Shown here piece after piece: positions 54,422 through 62,207 of a stretch of DNA of 62,207 bases. The position numbers and the translations under genes were made by a program. The notes under the pieces are model-generated. The model was not told the origin of the DNA. It ran no database searches and saw nothing but the letters and a program-made list of their open reading frames with translations. How positions within the stretch are numbered: position 1 is the first letter of the stretch; the number at the start of each line of letters is the position of its first letter. The DNA is from an uncultured Alphaproteobacteria bacterium (GTDB lineage: Bacteria > Pseudomonadota > Alphaproteobacteria > Rs-D84): assembly GCA_944389235.1 (NCBI GenBank), contig CALXLO010000004.1:1-62207 (forward strand), in the 5' to 3' direction.

Positions 54422-55477
54422 TTATTCTGCGTCTTCTTCGCGTTTGTCTGGAATTTTACCATCGGCTGATAATAAAACAGCAATCCAACGCGTTGAATCA
54501 AATTGTGCAGTGATAATGAATATCGCGACCAATAACGGCACACTGAAAAACATGCCTGCAACACCCCAAATCATGCCCCAAAATACCAAGTTTATTAATA
54601 TTGCCAAGGTTGACAGGTTTAATGTTTTTCCGGTGAATTTTGGTTCCAGGATATTTCCAAATATTACTTGTAATCCAATCAGCCCAATTGCCGTTAATAT
54701 CGGTTGTTGTAATGATGGCGCGGTAACCAAAGAATATAATATCGGTAATGTACATGCAACAATTGCACCAATTGTTGGAATATAGCTGGTGATAAATACA
54801 ATAAATGCCCATATCCCAGCAAATTCAACACCAATCATTTGCAACCAGAAATATGATAAAACACCTGTGATTGCGGATAAAACTGTTTTCATAAACAGAT
54901 ATTTTTTCATGTTGTCATCGATGCTATCAACAATAAAACGCGCTTTTTTATATTCTTTTTTGTTCGGAATCAAAGCCGAGAATTTTTTATTAAATGTGCT
55001 TTGTTCCACGAACAAGAATATCATATAAACAATTATCATGCCGGTTGATGTTACAATGTTTGCGACAGATGCGCCGACATTTGTTGCGATATTTGCAATA
55101 TTTGGCAGCATGCGCGCATCAAATGTTATACCCAATGATGACGATAGGTAATTGCCAAATTTTATAAATTGTTGTTGCAAGCCCGGCAGAGCAGTAACCA
55201 GTTCATGATACATTGGTCGGATTTGTGTCGCCAAGAAATATATCAGACCGCACATTACCAATACCGCTAATATATTAGATGTCCAATCAAATGCCCGGGC
55301 TGCCACGGGTCGTGATTTTCGGTCTGTGTCATTATTAAATGGAAATATTTTTCTGCAATATGTTGCAATTGCATTTATCAGGTACCATAAAAAAGTCGCA
55401 ACCAACAGCGGTATTAAAATTGACCGCCCCAACCACAAGAAAAAAACGATTACGATTGCTAAAATTATTCCATTCAT
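54422..55477 (-). CDS. AI-2E (PerM/UPF0118) family transporter
   Basis: 8-TM profile. The FGNILEPKFTGKTLNLSTLAILINLVFWGMIWGVAGMFFSVPL motif is typical of the family. Start at MNGIILAI with SD AGAGG. Confidence 0.8.
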   Translation of the reverse strand: MNGIILAIVIVFFLWLGRSILIPLLVATFLWYLINAIATYCRKIFPFNNDTDRKSRPVAARAFDWTSNILAVLVMCGLIYFLATQIRPMYHELVTALPGLQQQFIKFGNYLSSSLGITFDARMLPNIANIATNVGASVANIVTSTGMIIVYMIFLFVEQSTFNKKFSALIPNKKEYKKARFIVDSIDDNMKKYLFMKTVLSAITGVLSYFWLQMIGVEFAGIWAFIVFITSYIPTIGAIVACTLPILYSLVTAPSLQQPILTAIGLIGLQVIFGNILEPKFTGKTLNLSTLAILINLVFWGMIWGVAGMFFSVPLLVAIFIITAQFDSTRWIAVLLSADGKIPDKREEDAE

Positions 55478-55526
55478 TATTTGACCTCTATGCCTTGTAT
55501 ACATCTATCCAGCGCGTTTTTTGTTA

Positions 55527-56444
55527 TTAATTTATTACGCCGGAAACATCGCTGATGTTTACCATCACATCTGGCGCAGTTTGACCATAATGTATTGTAA
55601 ATAATATAATTGCGCCAATAACCAATGCCATATTAACAGCAATTGTGAACCATATATATTTTTTATTAATATCGCGCAGGAACGCAGGCACCCCGACAAT
55701 ACGCATCCATAACCCAGCGATAATCGCCAATATTAATGTTAATAGTATTGCGTTATATCCAAAAAACATACATGAAATTAATACAATAACTACAAAAGAT
55801 GCAGCTGTGCGCACAGAACCAGATAAAATCCAGTCTGTCAATTTAGCGTACCAATTTGTGCGTATGTTCAGTGCACGCGGTGTTTTTGCATCATCAGAAA
55901 TCAAATAACCTGGTATCCACAACAATGAAAAAGCCATTGGCATTGTGCAAATAATTTGCCATGTTTTTAACCCCAGTGCACGGCACCGCCAAAACTTTGC
56001 CCAGATGTTTGACAAGAATAAACCACACAAGTACAAGTAAAATATTGCCCCAATTGCCATAAGAATTATGAATGATATATTGGAATGCGTTTCCATCATC
56101 ATCAGATAAAACATAATTTTATTTGCGTTTGCAAAAATCAACATCGTAGATATCGTGAACGCCAATGATACTATGAACAGTTGTGCGTTATTCAGTGCAA
56201 CAAAACTGCGCTGGTCCAGTTGGGTGCGCGGCATTTTGTACAGAACTATTACCGCAGCAATTACAAACATAGCTACCAATAATGCCGTCATCAATGTGTT
56301 TGGCATTATGCCATCAAATACAGTTTGCGATAATATACCAGATATAAAACCAATTAAAACAAATAATACAAATGCTATTAACGCAAATTTCAGCGGATGC
56401 CATAAAACCAAAGATAACATAGATAGTGATTTTTTATTTGCCAT
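55527..56444 (-). CDS. polytopic membrane protein of unknown function
   Basis: 305 aa with about 8 hydrophobic helices. Lies between sufC and the AI-2E gene on the same strand. Confidence 0.55.
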   Translation of the reverse strand: MANKKSLSMLSLVLWHPLKFALIAFVLFVLIGFISGILSQTVFDGIMPNTLMTALLVAMFVIAAVIVLYKMPRTQLDQRSFVALNNAQLFIVSLAFTISTMLIFANANKIMFYLMMMETHSNISFIILMAIGAIFYLYLCGLFLSNIWAKFWRCRALGLKTWQIICTMPMAFSLLWIPGYLISDDAKTPRALNIRTNWYAKLTDWILSGSVRTAASFVVIVLISCMFFGYNAILLTLILAIIAGLWMRIVGVPAFLRDINKKYIWFTIAVNMALVIGAIILFTIHYGQTAPDVMVNISDVSGVIN

Positions 56445-56468
56445 GTTTTGTCCTTTGCTGTTTGTGCT

Positions 56469-57155
56469 TTATTTTATCATAACTTTGCCATTTGATAAAG
56501 TTGTTATATCTGTTGGTGCGACCAGGTCTGTAAAATTCTGTTGATGACTGATAAAAATAAATGTTGTATTGGTCATTTCGTGTATAACATTTGCAATTTG
56601 TTGTTGTACTGTGGCATCTGCACCAGAATCTGGTTCGTCCAGAATCGCCAATTTTGGATTTGTCATAACCAGTCGCAGCAACATTAAACGCTTGCGTTCA
56701 CCACCAGAAAAACCAACATTGATACTGCGATTTAGCCATTCTTTTGGAATATCTAGTTTTGTGCGCGCATCTTCCAGTTTTGATAAAAATTCACCCATAG
56801 ATAAATCTTTGCCCGTTTCAAAATGTGTATGTGCAGCAATGGAATGTTTCAGAAAACTTAATACAGTTAATCCCGGTATTTCTGGGACATTTTGTGCACC
56901 TAAAAATATTCCCATCAGTGCGCGTGTTGTGGCGTTTTGATTTGTTATGTCTTGACCATCAAATATTATTTGGCCGCCATCAATTGTATATGCATTATTC
57001 CCAGCAATTGTCGTTGCCAGGGTTGATTTACCAGACCCGTTTCGTCCAGACAGCAAATGTCGCGCACCGTGTGCAACATTCATATTAATGTCTGTTAACA
57101 ATTTTTTGCCGTCCAGTGATACAGATAGTTTTTTTATTTCTAATATCATTTGCAT
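56469..57155 (-). CDS. sufC: Fe-S cluster assembly ATPase SufC
   Basis: Walker A GRNGSGKST, signature FSGGERKR, Walker B ILDEPDSG. Confidence 0.9.
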   Translation of the reverse strand: MQMILEIKKLSVSLDGKKLLTDINMNVAHGARHLLSGRNGSGKSTLATTIAGNNAYTIDGGQIIFDGQDITNQNATTRALMGIFLGAQNVPEIPGLTVLSFLKHSIAAHTHFETGKDLSMGEFLSKLEDARTKLDIPKEWLNRSINVGFSGGERKRLMLLRLVMTNPKLAILDEPDSGADATVQQQIANVIHEMTNTTFIFISHQQNFTDLVAPTDITTLSNGKVMIK

Positions 57156-57167
57156 ACCTTGGTATTT

Positions 57168-58487
57168 TTATTTTTGTGCCAGTGCCATTTGAATTAGTTG
57201 CTTTGATTCAACCAAAAATTCCATTGGTAATCGCGATATAATCGGTGTCGCCACTGCGCCGATTATCATAGCGGTTGCTTCGTCTTCGGAGATGCCTGCC
57301 TGCATCAGATATAATAATTGCGCGGCATCTATTGCGCCAGTGGTGGCTTCGTGGCTTTGCAGATTATCAGCGTTTGCATGAATTATTGTTGGTATTGTGT
57401 TCGCCACTGCGTTATTACCAATAATGCGTGTGTCGCATTTTGATGCGTTGCGACCGCCGTGGCCTGTAAAACTGACCAGGCTGCGAAAAGTTTGATGTGA
57501 TTTATCCGCAGCAACGCCGTATGATACGATATTTGAAACTGTATTATTGCCAATGTGAATCATTTTGGTTCCGGTATCAGCCCGTTGTGTACCGCGCGTG
57601 ATGGCCAGTGAATAAAAATCAGATTGTGCGCCATCGCCGGATAAAATAGTTGACGGATATTTCCATGTAATTGCAGAACCAATTTCTATCTGGGTCCAAT
57701 CAAGTCGGGCATTTGTATCACAGCGTCCGCGTTTTGTAACAAAATTTAGTATTCCACCAGAATTTTTGTTGTCGCCAGCGTACCAATTTTGCACAGTCGA
57801 ATATTTTACAATCGCATTATCGTGCGCAATAATTTCAACAACACCGCTGTGCAGTTGATGGTTAGGGCGGCGGGGGGCACTGCAACCTTCCATATAACTA
57901 AGTTCGGCACCACTGTCAGCAATAATCAAAGTTCGTTCAAATTGACCAATTTTTGCGGTTTCTATACGAAAATAACTGGCTAAATCAATTGGACACTTTG
58001 TGTTTTTGGGAATATAGACAAATGTTCCATCTGAAAATACGGCGGCATTTAGTGCCGCAAAGAAATTATCTGTTGCGGGAACAACACTGCCCAAGTATTT
58101 TTTTACCAATTCAGGATATTGTTGCACCGCGTCAGAAAACGGTAAAAATATAATCCCCAGTTTGTTTAATTCGTCCGTATACGATGTATGCACAGAACGA
58201 CTGTCAATAACAGTATCTGTTGCCATCCCCAGCAGTGCGCGTTGTTCGCTTTCCGGCAGACCCATTTTTTCGTATGTCGCGCGCAGGTCGGAATTATCAA
58301 TTGGTTTTTGTTCGTTATAATAATTTAATTCGTCGTAATTAATTGGTGCGTAATCAAAATCTGCCCAATGCGGTTCGGACATATTGTGCCACGCGTGCAG
58401 CGCCCCCAGTCGCCATTGTAATAACCATTTTGGTTCATTTCTGCGGGCAGATATGTCGTAAATAAGTTCATCAGACAATTTTGCCAT
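57168..58487 (-). CDS. sufB: Fe-S cluster assembly scaffold SufB
   Basis: 439 aa. SufB/D beta-helix core (FERTLIIADSGAELSYMEGCSAP...). The C-terminal HEATTGAIDAAQLLYLMQAGISEDEA is SufB-like. Confidence 0.9.
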   Translation of the reverse strand: MAKLSDELIYDISARRNEPKWLLQWRLGALHAWHNMSEPHWADFDYAPINYDELNYYNEQKPIDNSDLRATYEKMGLPESEQRALLGMATDTVIDSRSVHTSYTDELNKLGIIFLPFSDAVQQYPELVKKYLGSVVPATDNFFAALNAAVFSDGTFVYIPKNTKCPIDLASYFRIETAKIGQFERTLIIADSGAELSYMEGCSAPRRPNHQLHSGVVEIIAHDNAIVKYSTVQNWYAGDNKNSGGILNFVTKRGRCDTNARLDWTQIEIGSAITWKYPSTILSGDGAQSDFYSLAITRGTQRADTGTKMIHIGNNTVSNIVSYGVAADKSHQTFRSLVSFTGHGGRNASKCDTRIIGNNAVANTIPTIIHANADNLQSHEATTGAIDAAQLLYLMQAGISEDEATAMIIGAVATPIISRLPMEFLVESKQLIQMALAQK

Positions 58488-58490
58488 GTT

Positions 58491-59039
58491 TTATTCGTTT
58501 GTTTGCGCGGCCAGTTGTTTTGCCTGGGTAAAGAATGTTAAAGATTGCCCCAACAGACCGTCTGTAAATGTTGCAGCCAGTATTCCGTCTGGGTCAGTTG
58601 TTGTCAAGTGATTCAAAAATGCGTCTGCACGGTTCATATAGTTATCAATACTGCGTGCGACTTCGGCATCTAGTTTTATACAGCGGCGCAACTTTTCTAA
58701 TGCGAATGGATTTTTGGCATATTCGTCCATTATGCCGCCCAGTGCGCGCCACAGTGGGTGTTCAGATGTACTGCGTGGCATAACATCAATTGCGGCCATG
58801 ATTGGTATTAAATTTTGCAACAGGTCTTGATAAATCATTTCTGCGTGTTCTGCGACAGCGTTTGTGGCAGACTTGCTTTTCAGCAGTGATTGAATTTTTA
58901 CAATCAGGTTATATTGATGGGTTAGTGTTTTTGATATATCGCGCATGCGTATGTTTGTCCGATATGCAAAAACTAATGCAGTAATTCCAATTAATAATAC
59001 AAGTCCCAATCCGATTAAAATAAATATATCTTGCATCAA
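58491..59039 (-). CDS. N-terminally anchored hypothetical protein heading the sufBC operon
   Basis: One TM segment (IFILIGLGLVLLIGITALVFA) and a helical soluble domain. Its stop lies 3 nt before the sufB ATG. Confidence 0.55.
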   Translation of the reverse strand: MMQDIFILIGLGLVLLIGITALVFAYRTNIRMRDISKTLTHQYNLIVKIQSLLKSKSATNAVAEHAEMIYQDLLQNLIPIMAAIDVMPRSTSEHPLWRALGGIMDEYAKNPFALEKLRRCIKLDAEVARSIDNYMNRADAFLNHLTTTDPDGILAATFTDGLLGQSLTFFTQAKQLAAQTNE

Positions 59040-59153
59040 TTATCCCCCGAAACATGTTATAGGTTATGTGATTTTTAGTATAACATCTTTTGGCGATTCG
59101 TGCGATTTTATCTTTACAAATAAATTTGTTATATTTATCTGTGCGTTTTAGTC

Positions 59154-59182
59154 TTGCACAGATTCGGTCAAATTGTTATAAT
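59154..59182 (+). promoter_or_regulatory. near-consensus sigma70 promoter for the secretin gene pair
   Basis: TTGCAC, a 17-nt spacer, then TATAAT. Lies 43 nt upstream of ATG 59225 (SD AAGGAAG). Confidence 0.6.
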
Positions 59183-59224
59183 AATGTAATAATAGTGAAA
59201 AAACATTCAGGAAAGGAAGCTTTT

Positions 59225-60145
59225 ATGTTCCGCAAGTTTTTAATTGTTGCAATGTTTGCCACGGCGGCTGGGTATTGCTTTGCCGCAGAAAATCTGCCCC
59301 AGGTAGTTACATCAGAGGTTTTTTACACCCAATCTGCTGATGTGGCAGAAACCCAGGATGTCGTCCAAACGGATGTTGTTCAAACAGCAGCATCGGGGAC
59401 GCAGGTGGTGCCTGTATGGCCGATTGCGGGTTCTGATGCAGATGTGCAAATCGCGTGCGAAGATGGTGCATGTACAGACGGCAAGGGTAAAGACAATATT
59501 CGTATTGTTTCAAAAATTGGTGCTGATTTAGTTGTTGAAAACAACTTTAATTTGGGCGCATCTGATGGCGATTTTGCCGGTTGGTCTGGTGGGGCAAATA
59601 TGCTGCATGGGACGCAAATTCCGGTCGGGTTTGACGATGAATGTAAAAGTGGTTCTGAAATGCCATTGTTGCATCGCGAAATGCTGGAAGATGACGGCGG
59701 AACTGTACTGACTGTATCGCGCAGTGGGCGCAAAGATTGTACACAATATCGTGATGGATACGAAGCGTTTGCCGCCAAGATGGGATTAAGTGAATCTGAA
59801 ATTAAATCTGCGAACAGTGTTGATGACGCTGAAACAGAAATCGCTGTTGATATTTCTGCAGATGCAGAACCGCCATTACAGTTAACAGACCAAGTGCGTT
59901 CGTGGGTCGTTGCAAATGGTCAAACCCTGCGCGAAGTTTTGCAAGATTGGTGCAATAAAGAAGGCTGGGATTTAGTTTGGACAACTTCGCGTGAATATCC
60001 GATAGAGGCCAGTGCGGTATTCAAAGGTCGATTTGTAGATGTGGCATCTGCGCTGGTGCGTAATTTTGCCCGTGCAACGCCTATACCGTACGCTAAGTTT
60101 TATAAAGGAAATCGTGTGCTGGTAATTTCTACATCAGAGGAATAA
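59225..60145 (+). CDS. secreted protein with a TcpQ-like C-terminal domain (candidate secretin partner or pilotin)
   Basis: Signal peptide MFRKFLIVAMFATAAGYCFA. The C-terminus WVVANGQTLREVLQDWCNKEGWDLVW...YPIEASAVFKGRFVDVASALVRNF resembles the TcpQ/PilL-type domain. Confidence 0.5.
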   Translation: MFRKFLIVAMFATAAGYCFAAENLPQVVTSEVFYTQSADVAETQDVVQTDVVQTAASGTQVVPVWPIAGSDADVQIACEDGACTDGKGKDNIRIVSKIGADLVVENNFNLGASDGDFAGWSGGANMLHGTQIPVGFDDECKSGSEMPLLHREMLEDDGGTVLTVSRSGRKDCTQYRDGYEAFAAKMGLSESEIKSANSVDDAETEIAVDISADAEPPLQLTDQVRSWVVANGQTLREVLQDWCNKEGWDLVWTTSREYPIEASAVFKGRFVDVASALVRNFARATPIPYAKFYKGNRVLVISTSEE

Positions 60146-60193
60146 TATTTATCAAGGGGTGGTGCGTTTGTCGTACCACAGGAGAAAACAAAT

Positions 60194-61822
60194 ATGACCA
60201 AACCGATTAAATTTTTTGTTATGTGTGGCATGATGTGCGCAATGCTGGCAGGGTGCGCAACCAAAGAATCTGCCCAGGTTGCAGCATCTGTGGACCAGGA
60301 CTTTATCAATGCCTATGATGCGTTTGAAATGGCAAAAAATCCGCGTGCCCAGGTTGCTAATGGTGATACTGTTTCTATGTCCGAAGGGGTTTGGCTGGGG
60401 GCATCATCAACCTTGTTGGAACATCGCAATAATTTGCCATCTGAATTTGAAACCAGCACAGGTATAACAGTTTTATTAAATGAACCGGTCAGTTTGCAGG
60501 TCTTGGCAAATAATATTACATCTATTACGGGTATTCCGGTTAAAATAGACAGTCAAATTAACTCAGAAAAATTACGCAAAACAATAAATGTTGCATATAC
60601 CGGTAAATTGTCGGGATTGTTGTCGCAAATTGCCACAGATTTAGACTTGTTGTGGTACTATGACAAATCTGCAATTGTGTTTTATGAAACAGAAACCAGA
60701 ACATTTACATTATATGCGCTGGGGACAGATGTGTCTTATCAAACAGCGGTTGAAACAGATGATGGAAATACAGTTTCTTTGGAATCTACATTAAAAGAAT
60801 GGGACGAAGTAGAAAATGCGATTCAAACAATCATCGGAAATGTTGATAACGCTAATTTCACTGTGTCGCGCAGTTTGGGTACAATAACTGTTACTGCGCC
60901 ACCGTCAACATTGGCGCGGGTGGGTGAATATATTGAACGCCAGAACAAGCGCTTGTCGCAATTGGTAACGATTGATGTCAAGGTATTACAGGTGTCGGTA
61001 TCAAATGATTCGGCATTTGGGTTGAATTTGGCGGCGGCAATTAATTCTGCGTCTGGGTTAAATATTGTTGCTAATCCAAAAAATAATTTGACGAATACAG
61101 ATGCCAGTTCGATGAATATCGCGGTGTTATCAAATACTGTGTCGGCGGCAACCGGGGCAACGCACTTGGTTAATGGGGCCGAAGTTGCCGGTGCATATAC
61201 CCAAGATCAAATTAAAAATGGCTCCTTGTCCGGATTGGCGGGAACAGACGCATTAATTCAAGCGTTGGCAAAGCAGGGCAAGGTATCGTTGGTAACAAAT
61301 GTTGGTGTTACAACGCGTAATAATCGTGTTGCGCCGGTAAACAATACACGGACGACTGGGTATATCAAACGGTTTGAATCGCGCAACTTTACAACCGTTG
61401 AATCCAGTACCGTTGACCAAGACGATTTAGAAACAGGATTTTCAATGCAGTTGTTGCCAAATGTTTTGGAAAATGGCAAGATTTTGCTGCTGTTCAGAAT
61501 GTCGGTGCGTGAATTGTTGCGTATGTCAACCCAAACAATTGGCGAAGTAACCCTGCAATTGCCAGAGGTTGAAGAACGCAGTTTCATGCAAGAAGTTATT
61601 ATGGAATCGGGACAAATGTTGGTTGTGTCCGGTTTTGAAAAGCAAGAAAACAACGATACGCGTTATGGTTTAGGTGACCCAGACTTTATGGCGTTGTCTG
61701 GTTCGCGCGAGACATCCGCGACGCGTGATGTATTGGTGGTTATCTTGACACCCCAGGTTTTGGTCAGCCCAATGGATGCAGAACGCAGTATCCAGCAACA
61801 TTGGGGTGCACCGTTGAATTAA
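60194..61822 (+). CDS. lipoprotein secretin of the type IVb pilus PilN/BfpB/TcpC type
   Basis: Lipobox MLAGC. N-terminal secretin-N-like module (VSLQVLANNITSITGIPVKID). C-terminal secretin domain (VIMESGQMLVVSGFEKQ...GLGDPDFMALSGSRETSATRDVLVVILTPQVL). Confidence 0.7.
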   Translation: MTKPIKFFVMCGMMCAMLAGCATKESAQVAASVDQDFINAYDAFEMAKNPRAQVANGDTVSMSEGVWLGASSTLLEHRNNLPSEFETSTGITVLLNEPVSLQVLANNITSITGIPVKIDSQINSEKLRKTINVAYTGKLSGLLSQIATDLDLLWYYDKSAIVFYETETRTFTLYALGTDVSYQTAVETDDGNTVSLESTLKEWDEVENAIQTIIGNVDNANFTVSRSLGTITVTAPPSTLARVGEYIERQNKRLSQLVTIDVKVLQVSVSNDSAFGLNLAAAINSASGLNIVANPKNNLTNTDASSMNIAVLSNTVSAATGATHLVNGAEVAGAYTQDQIKNGSLSGLAGTDALIQALAKQGKVSLVTNVGVTTRNNRVAPVNNTRTTGYIKRFESRNFTTVESSTVDQDDLETGFSMQLLPNVLENGKILLLFRMSVRELLRMSTQTIGEVTLQLPEVEERSFMQEVIMESGQMLVVSGFEKQENNDTRYGLGDPDFMALSGSRETSATRDVLVVILTPQVLVSPMDAERSIQQHWGAPLN

Positions 61823-61848
61823 AAAATCGCCCAAACGGGCGATTTTTT
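61821..61848 (+). terminator. Rho-independent terminator after the secretin gene
   Basis: aaaaa-atcgccc-aaac-gggcgat-ttttt. Confidence 0.8.
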
Positions 61849-62115
61849 GCATCAATACATTACATCATTAAATATGAGATAACGGGCAAGTTTTTTTCTG
61901 TTGCAATAAGCGGTCTAAAAATATAAAGTAAATATGTCGCAAGTAATATTGCGATACGGGTGTGAGAACCTGGGGAATCAACAGCGTCGGGGGGAATTTT
62001 CAATAAAAACAAATATATTTCCGCGACGAAAAATAAAAATGCAATAAAGCGTAAAATTTACGCAAAATTTTTATTAAAAAATCCCAGATTTTCGCAGTAT
62101 AGAACATAAAAATTC

Positions 62116-62155
62116 ATGCCGAATCTAAACGGTGGTTTAGATTCGGCATATTTTT
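62116..62155 (+). terminator. strong hairpin plus T-run in an ORF-free region
   Basis: atgccgaatctaaac-ggtg-gtttagattcggcat (15 bp) followed by a-ttttt. Confidence 0.6.
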
Positions 62156-62207
62156 AAACATCCCACCCCCAGAAATCCGCCACATTTTTATCCCCATTGA
62201 TGCCGAA

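Overview
A 62.2-kb chromosomal segment from a moderately AT-rich alphaproteobacterium that appears genome-streamlined. The lineage call rests on a Ros/MucR regulator, an RHH_4-type protein and an alphaproteobacterial-style ftsL-ftsI. Most of the window is tightly packed housekeeping: xerD, lptF/G, greA, mutL, yajC-secDF, ftsK, rarA, trmB, gltX, thrS, tatA and tatBC, dksA, trxA, sufS-sufT-sufE, ftsL-ftsI, recJ-nrnA, lolA, nlpD-like, miaB, gatCAB, ruvX and sufBC. There are two tRNAs, Lys-CUU and Phe-GAA. I saw no rRNA, CRISPR array, transposase or prophage. The most unusual signal is non-coding. Two intergenic segments (20358-20533 and 27637-27812), each 176 nt, have almost no primary-sequence identity but the same six-helix fold, kept by fully compensatory changes. 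In each, a 3' tail mimics one strand of helix P4 and an intrinsic terminator follows. Each sits just upstream of genes of unknown function: a secreted protein in one case, tandem DUF1796-like paralogues in the other. I could not assign them to any RNA class I know. Other accessory or odd loci: (1) a translationally coupled 4-gene operon with a 2-TM protein, a degenerate HNH-like protein, a SUKH/SMI1-like protein and an RHH protein; (2) two unknown genes inserted between gatC and gatA, plus an antisense tRNA-Phe between gatA and gatB; (3) a glycine-zipper surface-protein gene interrupted at a G7 tract, with a decayed paralogue elsewhere; (4) an in-frame YbeY-Lnt fusion; (5) a self-contained TcpQ-like plus PilN/BfpB-type lipoprotein secretin pair with no other pilus genes nearby; (6) a sufBC operon without sufD, embedded among membrane proteins; (7) several proteins that have lost metal-binding or catalytic residues (MucR, DksA, SodC-like, S41-like). 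All functional calls come from reading motifs in the ORF translations by eye. No database search was run.
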